From IMG/VR virus record IMGVR_UViG_3300025389_000118, positions 1 through 24,381 of that record: DNA of 24,381 bases; one strand, written 5' to 3'. How positions within the stretch are numbered: position 1 is the stretch's first letter; the number at the start of each line of letters is the position of its first letter. The notes beneath the pieces are model-generated. The model was not told the origin of the DNA. It did no database searches and worked only from the letters and a program-made list of their open reading frames with translations. The position numbers and the translations under genes are program-made. Below are positions 1 through 8,807 of this stretch, in pieces. This DNA is from a virus (taxonomy: Duplodnaviria; Caudoviricetes).

Positions 1-255
1 GCTCATACAAAAGGTGGATACGGCGGTGTTCCTCAAAAAGTCGGCAAAGAGTTTGTCAAAGCGGATGAGGGCAAAAAGATGTCTAAGGGCGGTCTTTATG
101 CCAACATCCATGCTAAACAAGAACGTATAGCTCATGGTTCTGGCGAAAAGATGAGAAAGGTTGGCTCTAAGGGTGCTCCTACAAAGGAAGCATTCAAAGA
201 GTCAGCAAAAACTGCCAAGAAAAAACATGGTGGGCGTTTAAGCTCATGTTGGTGA
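1..255 (+). CDS. Small basic phage protein, 5'-truncated (not in the ORF track)
   Basis: Frame 1 is open from base 1 to TGA at 253-255: AHTKGGYGGVPQKVGKEFVKADEGKKMSKGGLYANIHAKQERIAHGSGEKMRKVGSKGAPTKEAFKESAKTAKKKHGGRLSSCW. GLYANIHAK...GSGEKMRK...GAPT resembles a short basic module I recognise from structural regions of aquatic podoviruses. Confidence 0.85.
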   Translation, partial: AHTKGGYGGVPQKVGKEFVKADEGKKMSKGGLYANIHAKQERIAHGSGEKMRKVGSKGAPTKEAFKESAKTAKKKHGGRLSSCW

Positions 256-259
256 CATT

Positions 260-595
260 ATGGGATTAAAAAATTTTAGTTCAGCATCTAGTTCTGAATC
301 TGGAGTTGGTAGTAGCAGAGGAGATAGTACCGAGCCTTTTAAAAAAGGCGGTAAAGTATCTTTGTCTGTAGGCCGAGGTGAAAAACTACCAGTTTCAAAA
401 GGTGCAGGATTGACAGAAAAAGGCCGTGAAAAGTACAACAGAGAAACGGGCTCTCATCTAAAAGCACCACAGCCCAAAGGCGGTTCGCGTAAAGATTCAT
501 TTTGCGCGAGAATGTCAGGTGTGGTGAAACATTCAAAAGGTGATGCTGAAAGGGCGAAGGCATCGCTGAAACGTTGGGATTGCCCTGGTTGGTAA
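260..595 (+). CDS. Small basic phage protein (DUF6321-like)
   Basis: Motif GLTEKGREKYNRETGSHLKAPQ...RKDSFCARM...SLKRWDC; starts 4 nt after the previous stop. Confidence 0.8.
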   Translation: MGLKNFSSASSSESGVGSSRGDSTEPFKKGGKVSLSVGRGEKLPVSKGAGLTEKGREKYNRETGSHLKAPQPKGGSRKDSFCARMSGVVKHSKGDAERAKASLKRWDCPGW

Positions 596-608
596 ACAGG
601 AGAAAATT

Positions 609-848
609 ATGGAATACAGTCCTTGGTCAAAAATTAATAAGTCACCAAAAGAAAAACAAGCGTTGATTGACGCTCCAATTCCTACTTACAACAAACAATC
701 TGTAGATAAAGAAATTAGTCGATCAAAACCAAAAATTGGCGCTTCTGAATCAAAAGCTATTCATGCTTTACTTAAAGGCCGACATGCCAAAGGTGGAAAA
801 ATTAGCACTGCTGAACACGGAAACCCTAAACACAAACACTGTTGGTAA
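609..848 (+). CDS. Small basic hypothetical protein
   Basis: AGGAG Shine-Dalgarno (SD) upstream; K-rich; contains HAKGG and ends in HCW. Confidence 0.8.
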   Translation: MEYSPWSKINKSPKEKQALIDAPIPTYNKQSVDKEISRSKPKIGASESKAIHALLKGRHAKGGKISTAEHGNPKHKHCW

Positions 849-857
849 GGATTAAAA

Positions 858-1931
858 ATGGCCTACAGCGGTACTGTTGGAACCACTGTTGTCACAGTAC
901 AGCAGTTTATTGACCAAGGAGCTCGTCTCTCAGGCAAGCTCGCGGAAGAGCTCACCGTTGAACAAGTACAAGGATCACAGCAAGCGCTGTTCTTTGTACT
1001 TAGCAATTTAATTAACCAAGGTATCAACTATTGGGCTATTAACAAGCAAGTTTACGGCTTTCTGCCGAATCAATATGAGTACTTGTTACCTGTGGGTGGC
1101 GTTGACGTTTTAAACGCCTTATATCGCACTATGACGCGTCCTAGCGGTGCGTATTCAGCAAGCGATGGTAGTTCAACCAATAACATTGCTGACGGCAACA
1201 TCACTACCTATAACCAGATGACAACGGCTAATGGGTCATATCAGGTTTATTACGGCACAACCAATACTCAATATATTGGGTCTATTGGATTTATGCCCTA
1301 CATTTCAGGAGGTGGTAGCGCAACTTGGAGCTACTACCTGCAATCATCACCAGATGGCACGAATTGGACTACTCTGTACACAGCAACTGCAGTGACTGTG
1401 ACAAGTGGGCAATGGGTATTTCAGGATATAGACCCTGGTGCGAATGTAGCGTATTACCGCATACAAGCTTTTAATGGAACCACTTTGGCTTTGTATGAGT
1501 TTTATTTAGGTACAAATTCAACAGAAATCACGATGGCTCGTCTAAATCGTGACGATTACACAAATTTGCCAAATAAAAACTTTACAGCCAATCAGCCTTA
1601 TCAATATTGGTTTAACAGGACTTTGCCACAATCCAAGATTACATTGTGGCCAACGCCTTCAAATCCATTTGTACAAATGACCATTTGGTACTCACGACAA
1701 GTTGATGATGTGGGCACATTGACCAATCAATTAGAAATTCCACAGCGTTGGAATCAAGCTATTCAATACTTACTAGCTCACCAGATGAGCTTAATCTTGC
1801 CCCAAGTGGAGCAAGGCAGAATTGCATACTTGGAAACACAAGCTGAGAAGTATTTCATCATGGCTGAAAACGAAGAGCGCGATAAGTCGCCGATCTACTT
1901 CAGCCCCAACATTGGGGTGTACACAAAATAA
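858..1931 (+). CDS. Putative head-tail adaptor/connector protein with an inserted discoidin-like beta domain
   Basis: AAGGA SD. Helical N-terminus (QFIDQGARLSG...LFFVLSNLIN) and C-terminal ITLWPTP...EIPQRWNQAIQYLLA are typical of podovirus adaptor rings. Central LQSSPDGTNWTT...YYRI resembles F5/8 type C. Confidence 0.7.
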   Translation: MAYSGTVGTTVVTVQQFIDQGARLSGKLAEELTVEQVQGSQQALFFVLSNLINQGINYWAINKQVYGFLPNQYEYLLPVGGVDVLNALYRTMTRPSGAYSASDGSSTNNIADGNITTYNQMTTANGSYQVYYGTTNTQYIGSIGFMPYISGGGSATWSYYLQSSPDGTNWTTLYTATAVTVTSGQWVFQDIDPGANVAYYRIQAFNGTTLALYEFYLGTNSTEITMARLNRDDYTNLPNKNFTANQPYQYWFNRTLPQSKITLWPTPSNPFVQMTIWYSRQVDDVGTLTNQLEIPQRWNQAIQYLLAHQMSLILPQVEQGRIAYLETQAEKYFIMAENEERDKSPIYFSPNIGVYTK

Positions 1932-2317
1932 TGCCTAAATGGTTAGACACTACTGGCAACTCAACGATTGCGATCTTTATCTGCGACAGATGCAAGATGA
2001 AGAGACCAATCATAGAGGCGCAACCTGACCCAAATTTCCCTGGGCTAAAGGTGTGTGAGCAAGGGTGTGCCGATCAAAAAGATCCATATCGTTTACCTGC
2101 AAGACCAACTGAAAGGATTGCATTAAGATTTCCACGGCCTGATGTCAGCATTGCAACAGATGACAATGGATTGGTTGTTACGCCTACTGGTACAAATATT
2201 CCTCAAGGTAATCCAACAGAAATTTATATCAGTACTCAAAGCGATAACACAACACCAAGTCAAAACGGCAATATCAACATCATTTCACCTAACCCAACGA
2301 ACAATACATCAACATGA
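1931..2317 (+). CDS. Small virion-associated Zn-finger-like protein
   Basis: CDRC...CEQGC...DP...RPD motif; TAATG coupling to the upstream gene. Confidence 0.75.
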   Translation: MPKWLDTTGNSTIAIFICDRCKMKRPIIEAQPDPNFPGLKVCEQGCADQKDPYRLPARPTERIALRFPRPDVSIATDDNGLVVTPTGTNIPQGNPTEIYISTQSDNTTPSQNGNINIISPNPTNNTST

Positions 2318-4398
2318 GCGGACAAGTAACCATACTCCAATTACCTACGGCCAGTGCTCTAACAGGTACTGAGTCGGTTCCTGTTGTTCAAAACGGGGTT
2401 ACGGTACAAACAACAACAGGTGCTATTGCAGGTGCAGGTGCGCTTAATTATCCATTTTTGACTGTTAATTCAACAGCAGGACTAACACAAGCTAGATATA
2501 TAGCTACTGGATCTGGTCTTTCAGTTACAGACAATGGTGCAGGTAGCACTTTACAAATTAACTTAACTGGCGCGGCCCAATCTTTGGATGGCGCATCTAA
2601 CGGATTGTTGGTCAAAACAGGAACTACTACTGTTTCAAATACTTCAATTGCAGTTGGAAGTGGACTGACTATTGCTAATCCAGATGGAACCACTGGTAAT
2701 CCAACGATTGGCTTAAATACTAATCTGCAAAATGTTGCAAGTTTAAGTGGTACTGGATTAGTGACTATTAATGGCTCTACTTTCAGCCAAGTTACTTTAA
2801 GTGGAACGTCTGGACAAATTTCAGTTACTAATGGAAATGGAACTGGAACTCCAACAATTTCATTGGTAACAACTGCCGTAACTGCGGGTACTTACACTAT
2901 TCCTGCAAGCGTTACTGTCGATGCTTATGGTCGTTTGACAAACATTTCAAGTTCAACAACAACAGGCACTGGTGGTGTAGTTGTTTTACAGCAAAGTCCT
3001 TCATTTACGGGAACACCGACTGCACCAACAGCCGCTCTGAATACAAATACGACTCAATTAGCAACAACTGCTTTTGTGCTTCAACAAGTAAGTTCATCAG
3101 GTGGTGGTACGGTTACAGCAGTTTCTGTTGTTAGTGCAAATGGTTTTGCAGGCACGGTAGCAAATTCAACAAGTACTCCTGCTATTACCCTTACAACAAC
3201 TGTTTCAGGCATTTTGAAAGGCAATGCAACGTCCATAAGTGCGGCCACAGCAGGCACAGATTATCTTGTTCCACCTAGTGGTACGGCTTTATTGAAGGCT
3301 AATAGTGGTGGAGCATTAGCAAATGCTGTTGCAGGAACGGATTATGCGGTTCCTACATCAGGAACTTCAATTCTTTATGGTAATGGCACGGGTGGATTCA
3401 GCAATGTTACTGTAGGTTCTGGACTAAGCTTTTCTGGTGGAACTTTGTCAACAAGTGGTGGTGGTGGAACTGTGACATCAGTTTCATTTACTGGTGGTTT
3501 AATTTCTGTTGCTACAGCAACAACAACGCCTGCTCTGACTGTTGCAGGAACTTCTGGTGGTGTTGTTTACTTTAGTTCTGCGAGCACATGGGCATCTAGC
3601 GCCGCATTAACAGCAAATGCTTTGATGATTGGTGGAGGTGCAGGAACGGCTCCGAGTACGATTACTACAGGTACTGGTGTTTTGACAGCGTTGGGTAACA
3701 CAACCAATGCGGCAAGCGGTATTGTTGTTAAAGATGCCAACGGTAATTTGACAACCAATTTTGCATTTTTGGGTTATACCAACGTAGCCGCCGCAGGTAC
3801 TACAACCACATTGGTTGCAAGCTCTACACCAAACTGGATTGTTATTGGTTCTGGTGGTCAAACTTATAAGTTGCCTGATGCCACAACTTTGCCTATTGGT
3901 GCAACATATACGTTCAACAATAATCAATCTTCAGGAACAATTGTTGTCCAAAATAATTCATCGACAACAGTTGTAACTGTTCAGTCTGGTGCATATGTAA
4001 CGGTTGTTTTGACTGCGAATGGAACGTCTGCAGGTTCTTGGGATTACCATGCAAATATACCATCTGGAACGTCTTGGTCTACCAATACATTGAGTACTGG
4101 CGCGGCAATTACATCAACACAAGCTGTGACAGGTAATACGCTTGTTTCTACCGTAGCAACAGGAACAGCACCATTGACTGTTACAAGTACCACACAAGTG
4201 GCTAATTTGAATGCGGCCACTGCAGGAACCGCAACAAATGCAACCAATGTAGCTTTGTCTGCAGGCACTGGATCAACCAATTACCTAACATTTTCTGCTA
4301 CTGCAACAGGTAATCAGCCCCTTACAACAAACTCATCACTGACATACAATTACACAAATAATGCCTTAACAGCAGGCATCAACGGAGGAACATTCTAA
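2314..4398 (+). CDS. Tail fibre / receptor-binding protein
   Basis: 694 aa, T/S/G/A-rich. Fibre motifs VTVDAYGR, SPSFTGTPTAPTA...TTQLATTAFV, repeated GTVTxVS and AGTDY, VTSTTQVANLNA; ends INGGTF. Confidence 0.85.
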   Translation: MSGQVTILQLPTASALTGTESVPVVQNGVTVQTTTGAIAGAGALNYPFLTVNSTAGLTQARYIATGSGLSVTDNGAGSTLQINLTGAAQSLDGASNGLLVKTGTTTVSNTSIAVGSGLTIANPDGTTGNPTIGLNTNLQNVASLSGTGLVTINGSTFSQVTLSGTSGQISVTNGNGTGTPTISLVTTAVTAGTYTIPASVTVDAYGRLTNISSSTTTGTGGVVVLQQSPSFTGTPTAPTAALNTNTTQLATTAFVLQQVSSSGGGTVTAVSVVSANGFAGTVANSTSTPAITLTTTVSGILKGNATSISAATAGTDYLVPPSGTALLKANSGGALANAVAGTDYAVPTSGTSILYGNGTGGFSNVTVGSGLSFSGGTLSTSGGGGTVTSVSFTGGLISVATATTTPALTVAGTSGGVVYFSSASTWASSAALTANALMIGGGAGTAPSTITTGTGVLTALGNTTNAASGIVVKDANGNLTTNFAFLGYTNVAAAGTTTTLVASSTPNWIVIGSGGQTYKLPDATTLPIGATYTFNNNQSSGTIVVQNNSSTTVVTVQSGAYVTVVLTANGTSAGSWDYHANIPSGTSWSTNTLSTGAAITSTQAVTGNTLVSTVATGTAPLTVTSTTQVANLNAATAGTATNATNVALSAGTGSTNYLTFSATATGNQPLTTNSSLTYNYTNNALTAGINGGTF

Positions 4399-5192
4399 TG
4401 GCTCAATCAGGCTACACACCAATCGTTGTTTATAACAGCGGAACGACCACAAACGCACCAACAGCAGGTAACTTGGCTTTTGGTGAATTGGCAATCAATT
4501 ATGCTGATGGCAAACTGTTCTACAAAGATGGTAGTAGTGCAGTACAAGTTATTGCGTGGAAAACGACTCCAGTAAGCGCAGGTGGTACGGGTTCTACAAG
4601 TCTGACAGCAAACAATGTATTACTTGGAAATGGAACATCTGCACTACAAGTTGTGGCGCCTGGTACATCGGGCAATGTATTAACATCTAATGGTACAACA
4701 TGGCAATCGACAACTCCTACTGCTGGCGTTTCTTTATCTGCAAATAACACATGGACAGGCACTCAAACTTTTAACGGTACTTCAAGCATATTTGGCACTG
4801 TTTTACTTAATGCCGCTGAGACAACAACAGTCTCAGCTACTGCCGCAACAGGCACGATTAACTTTTACGTTAACAGCCAGTCGGTTCTGTACTACACAAG
4901 TAACGCATCAGCAAACTGGACATTGAATGTGGCTTTCAGTTCTGGTACAAGTTTGAATACAGCCATGTCAACAGGCCAGACTGTAACGATTGCTTTCTTG
5001 GTTACACAAGGAACAACTGCTTATTACGAAAACGTATTCCAAATTGATGGTACAAACGTCACACCTAAATGGCAAGGAGGAACTGCACCTAGTTCAGGTA
5101 ATGCAAGTGCGATAGACGTTTACACTTATACGATTACAAAAACAGCTAGTGCTACATATACAGTATTAGCTTCACAAACCAAGTTTGCATAA
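4398..5192 (+). CDS. Tail fibre-associated structural protein
   Basis: N-terminal P...L.FGELAINYADGKLFYKD fibre module; C-terminal beta domain VTPKWQGGTAP...IDVYTYTITKT; TAATG coupling with GGAGGA SD. Confidence 0.8.
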   Translation: MAQSGYTPIVVYNSGTTTNAPTAGNLAFGELAINYADGKLFYKDGSSAVQVIAWKTTPVSAGGTGSTSLTANNVLLGNGTSALQVVAPGTSGNVLTSNGTTWQSTTPTAGVSLSANNTWTGTQTFNGTSSIFGTVLLNAAETTTVSATAATGTINFYVNSQSVLYYTSNASANWTLNVAFSSGTSLNTAMSTGQTVTIAFLVTQGTTAYYENVFQIDGTNVTPKWQGGTAPSSGNASAIDVYTYTITKTASATYTVLASQTKFA

Positions 5193-5201
5193 GGGGATAG
5201 T

Positions 5202-6848
5202 ATGCCAACACCAATTACTAGAGGTGCAACATCAGCAAAAGCATTTGGATTTACAGGCGGTGTTAAAGCAGGAGTTATTGTTGACGTTGCTTATGTAACA
5301 CCTGGTACATACACTTGGATTGCTCCAGCTTGTATAACTTCAGTTTCTGTTGTTGCCGTAGGCGGAGGTAGCGGTGGATCAGGTGTTTATTGTTGTTCGG
5401 CTTGTTATTATCCTGGTTTTGCTGGTGGCGGTGGTGGTTTAGGTTACAAAAACAATATTTCAGTCACCCCAGGAAATTCTTATACCGTTGTAGTTGGAGC
5501 AGGTGGACAAACTACTTGGGCCGCAACTTGTGGTGGAAATAGTTATTTTTGCTCAACGTCAGTTGTCAAAGGAGGCGCAAGCACTTTTCCAGGAACTGGA
5601 GGAGGACACACTGGTGATGGTGGCGGAAACGGAGGTAATGGGGCAGTAACATCAACTTCATATGCATCAGCTGGTGGTGGGGGAGCAGGAGGTTATTCTG
5701 GAAATGGTGGTATTGGTGCGGCTACTGGTGCGGCTGGCTCAGGTTCAGGAGGTGGTGGTGGTGGTGGTTCTGGTTCTGGTAATGGTGGTGGAGTAGGTAT
5801 ATATGGTCTAGGCAGTAGTGGAGCTGGGGGTTCAAGCACAGGTGCATCAGGAAAAGGTGGCTCTGGTGGTTCTAATGGATGCGTTGGTGCTGGAATTTAT
5901 GGTGGTGGTGGACATGGTCAATATCCCCCTTGTAGCGCCTCAAAAGGCGGAGGCGGTGCAGTCCGAATTGTCGGCCCAGGTTCAACTCGTCAATTCCCAA
6001 GCACTTGCGTAGGAACTACAAAAGGTTCTGCTTTATTTACAACCCCAGGCACTTACACATGGGTTGCTCCTAGCGGTGTGACAAGCGTTAGCGTTGTTGC
6101 TGTTGGTGGTGGCGGTAATGGAGTAAATCAATCTACAGTTTGTTCTGGATGGTGGGCAACTGGAGGTGGTGGTGGTGGTCTTGGATATAAAAATAATATT
6201 ACTGTAGTACCTGGCAACTCTTATACAGTAAAAGTTGTTGGAAGCAATTCTGGAACAGCTAGACCATCTCAAAATATTTCATCATGGTTTTGTGCTCAAA
6301 CAGTTGTAAGCGGATGGTCTTCTCATTCGGCAAGTGGGTGTACAACACTTGGACTTGGAGGATCATATACTGGGGATGGCGGTGGTCGAGGAGGTAATAG
6401 TGGAGGATCACAACTATGTCGTGGTGGAGGGCCAGGTGGAGCTGGAGGATATGGAACAACTCCCAATTCTTCAACAAGTTTCAGCAGTGGTACACAAAAT
6501 GGTGGATCGGGTAGTTCAACATCTGCAAGTGGGTGTAGTGGTTCATGTGGAGGAGCTGGTGGTGTTGGAAAAATTGGAAATTCATCAGGACATTCTGCTG
6601 GTGGTGGCGGCGTAGGATTGTTTGGTCGTGGAACAAGCGGTGCTGGAACTACATACGCAATAGGTGGTGGCGGTGGTAGCGGCGGAGGAAACGGAGGACA
6701 AAACTCTACATGTAATAATGGACTAGGTGGCGCATATGGTGGCGGAGGAGGTTCGACAAGTTCAGGTATTGGTGGTAGTGGCGCAGTGCGAATAATCTGG
6801 CCTGGATCGACCCGTTCATTCCCATCAACTTGCGCTGGCAATCCTTAA
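5202..6848 (+). CDS. Glycine-rich virion protein with two tandem domains, Cys-enriched
   Basis: Two copies of TPGTYTWxAPxxxTSVSVVAVGGG...GGGLGYKNNIxVxPGNSYTV...GAVRIxxPGSTRxFPSTC, a phage Gly-rich domain; about 17 Cys. Confidence 0.85.
   Translation: MPTPITRGATSAKAFGFTGGVKAGVIVDVAYVTPGTYTWIAPACITSVSVVAVGGGSGGSGVYCCSACYYPGFAGGGGGLGYKNNISVTPGNSYTVVVGAGGQTTWAATCGGNSYFCSTSVVKGGASTFPGTGGGHTGDGGGNGGNGAVTSTSYASAGGGGAGGYSGNGGIGAATGAAGSGSGGGGGGGSGSGNGGGVGIYGLGSSGAGGSSTGASGKGGSGGSNGCVGAGIYGGGGHGQYPPCSASKGGGGAVRIVGPGSTRQFPSTCVGTTKGSALFTTPGTYTWVAPSGVTSVSVVAVGGGGNGVNQSTVCSGWWATGGGGGGLGYKNNITVVPGNSYTVKVVGSNSGTARPSQNISSWFCAQTVVSGWSSHSASGCTTLGLGGSYTGDGGGRGGNSGGSQLCRGGGPGGAGGYGTTPNSSTSFSSGTQNGGSGSSTSASGCSGSCGGAGGVGKIGNSSGHSAGGGGVGLFGRGTSGAGTTYAIGGGGGSGGGNGGQNSTCNNGLGGAYGGGGGSTSSGIGGSGAVRIIWPGSTRSFPSTCAGNP
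5292..6845 (+). repeat. Intragenic tandem duplication (two domains of about 240-270 aa)
   Basis: Copy 1 is about 5292-6014 and copy 2 about 6036-6845. The terminal motifs are conserved at protein level and the DNA has diverged. Confidence 0.85.
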
Positions 6849-6861
6849 TTGAGGTAAAAAA

Positions 6862-7266
6862 ATGGCATTATTTATTCAAATTGAAAATGGACAACCTGTA
6901 AACCATCCTGTTTACGATTTCAATCTAATCCAAGCCTATGGACAAATTCCACAAGGTTGGACAATGTTCAATCGTGTTCAACAACCTGAAGGATTGATTA
7001 CAAGCCCATTTCAAACGGCACAATGCACTTATGCTTTGTCATCTGATGGTGTGACTTGGGAAGATGTTTGGACTGCGGTTGAAATGACAGACGCAGAAAA
7101 GTCTGCATTGATTGCAGAACGTCAAGCAAATCCACCTGGTCCCAATGTCACATTGAACACAACAACGCTAGAGTGGACACCTAATACTGCTAAGCCTACT
7201 GATGGTCAAAAGTATTATTGGAATTGGACAACTGGCGAATGGGTTGTGATACCATCAAATCCTTAA
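6862..7266 (+). CDS. Putative tail fibre assembly/partner protein
   Basis: GAGGT SD; follows the Gly-rich gene; W-rich end KPTDGQKYYWNWTTGEWV is typical of fibre-associated small proteins. Confidence 0.7.
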   Translation: MALFIQIENGQPVNHPVYDFNLIQAYGQIPQGWTMFNRVQQPEGLITSPFQTAQCTYALSSDGVTWEDVWTAVEMTDAEKSALIAERQANPPGPNVTLNTTTLEWTPNTAKPTDGQKYYWNWTTGEWVVIPSNP

Positions 7267-7276
7267 GGAGAAAAGC

Positions 7277-7981
7277 ATGGCTAAAGTGAAAAGCAAAAAG
7301 GTTTGTAAAGCCGCACAACAAGTTAAAGAAGTTGTACAAAACACGCAATTACAAGTTGCTTATCACTTTCCGTGTCCTATCTATCTAATTGAGCGTCCTG
7401 ACTTTATTGAATCCATAGCTGAAGTTTCAAACGAATCTTTAGCCAAGCAACACGCTGAACGTAAACTAGATGAAATTTATCCTGTAATGATGAGTGGGTC
7501 ATTTGCTGATGATCCTAGAGTAAAAGCATTTGCTGAGTTTGTTGGTGGTACGGCTTGGAACATTCTTAGTGAGCAGGGTTATGCCATGCAAGATAAAGTG
7601 GTCACATTCACAGAAATGTGGACACAGGAACACCACAAGCATTCCGCAATGGAGCAACACGTTCATGGATTTGGCGCACAGATTGTGGGCTTTTACTTCC
7701 TTGAAGTGCCTGAAAATTCTTCTAGAGTGGTATTTCATGATCCAAGACAGGGTAAAGTAATGTCTAGCTTACCTGAACAAGATATGAATATAGCTACTCC
7801 TGCCAGTCAAATGATTAACTTTGAACCCAAGCCTGGACTTTTAATATTTTCTAATTCTTGGCTACCGCATTCATTTACTCGTCATGCAAATGAAAAGCCA
7901 TTAAAATTTGTTCACTTCAATTTGATTGTAAATTTAGCCCCCCAACCTGTTATACAGGTTACTTCAGCCGAAATTATTTAA
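7277..7981 (+). CDS. 2OG-Fe(II) oxygenase-like protein (TIGR02466 / 2OG-FeII_Oxy_5-like)
   Basis: AAGGAG SD. W...HVH...GFYFL...VFHDPR...PKPGLLIFSNSWLPH...FNL matches the HxH...H jelly-roll pattern of this phage family. Confidence 0.8.
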   Translation: MAKVKSKKVCKAAQQVKEVVQNTQLQVAYHFPCPIYLIERPDFIESIAEVSNESLAKQHAERKLDEIYPVMMSGSFADDPRVKAFAEFVGGTAWNILSEQGYAMQDKVVTFTEMWTQEHHKHSAMEQHVHGFGAQIVGFYFLEVPENSSRVVFHDPRQGKVMSSLPEQDMNIATPASQMINFEPKPGLLIFSNSWLPHSFTRHANEKPLKFVHFNLIVNLAPQPVIQVTSAEII

Positions 7982-7991
7982 AGGAAAAAAC

Positions 7992-8228
7992 ATGAACATT
8001 TCACTACCCTTAATGAACTCAATTCTTCAATACTTAGGCAATCGTCCATATGTTGAAGTAGTTGGTTTTATTGACCAAATCAAAAAAGAAGCATCCATGC
8101 AAAATGTATCTGCAACAAATGTTGCTACAAACACTGCTCCAACTGTTCCAGTTCCTGTGGAACCCATCCCAGAACCCGTTTCAGATACTAGTTTAACTAG
8201 TAGTGAAAACGCAACACCTGCCCAATAA
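7992..8228 (+). CDS. Small hypothetical phage protein
   Basis: AAGGA SD; NSILQYLGNRPYVEV..I..I motif plus a low-complexity tail. Confidence 0.75.
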   Translation: MNISLPLMNSILQYLGNRPYVEVVGFIDQIKKEASMQNVSATNVATNTAPTVPVPVEPIPEPVSDTSLTSSENATPAQ

Positions 8229-8425
8229 TGAGCGGAGATGTTGAAAAGGACTTAGCTGTCCACGAAGCAATTTGCAGTGAAAGATATAACCAAATCTTTC
8301 AGATGTTGAAAGACGGCGACAAGCGCATGACCAAAATAGAGTATTTGCTCTATGGTGTCATGCTCATGGTTCTCCTTGGGCCAGGGGTTGCGGCCCAGTT
8401 CTTTCACAAATTTTTTGGTTTGTAA
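8228..8425 (+). CDS. Small membrane protein (coiled coil plus one TM segment), possible lysis accessory
   Basis: HEAICSERY...RMTKIE followed by hydrophobic LLYGVMLMVLLGPG; TAATG coupling. Confidence 0.75.
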   Translation: MSGDVEKDLAVHEAICSERYNQIFQMLKDGDKRMTKIEYLLYGVMLMVLLGPGVAAQFFHKFFGL

Positions 8426-8494
8426 TGGTAAGTTCATTCTTGTATTGCAAAATTTTAGAGCAGTCGTTTTGGCTGTAATTTTTAAGGATTTAAT

Positions 8495-8761
8495 ATGATC
8501 AACGTGCTTCAATCTCTACAAGATTTCATAGCTAAATTGGGTTTTACTCAAGGTTCTGCTGAACATGATGCGGCTTCTAAATTTGCTGACTTCTTAACTG
8601 AAGAACAACAAAACATTCAAGACGCAATCACATTGCTCACTGATCATGGCTACACAGTCACTCACGATGCTTTGCCAGACGCAGTGGCCGCTCCCGCTGA
8701 TCCTGTTGTTGCCCCCGCAGACTCTACAGCAACTTCTGCTGTAGCACCTGCAACAAATTGA
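8495..8761 (+). CDS. Small acidic hypothetical protein
   Basis: AAGGA SD; Ala/Pro-rich C-terminal tail; followed by a hairpin. Confidence 0.7.
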   Translation: MINVLQSLQDFIAKLGFTQGSAEHDAASKFADFLTEEQQNIQDAITLLTDHGYTVTHDALPDAVAAPADPVVAPADSTATSAVAPATN

Positions 8762-8769
8762 GTTAACCT

Positions 8770-8796
8770 CCCCCACTTAGGTGGGGGTTTAAATTT
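8770..8796 (+). terminator. Putative intrinsic terminator / stem-loop
   Basis: CCCCCAC-TTAG-GTGGGGG is a perfect 7-bp stem, followed by TTTAAATTT, 8 nt after the 8761 stop. The U-tract is short. Confidence 0.55.
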
Positions 8797-8807
8797 AAGG
8801 TGTTGAA

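Noticed and set aside
6323-6841. Pro-rich 172-aa ORF on the - strand, and similar antisense ORFs in the fibre genes
   Set aside because: They are antisense mirrors of Gly/Thr codon runs with no independent support.
5292-6845. Diversity-generating retroelement template/variable repeat pair
   Set aside because: The two copies are diverged at all base types, not adenine-specifically, and no reverse transcriptase is present in the window.
8420-8494. Promoter upstream of 8495
   Set aside because: Only weak -35/-10 matches (e.g. TTGTAA-17nt-TATTGC) in AT-rich DNA; not distinguishable from chance.
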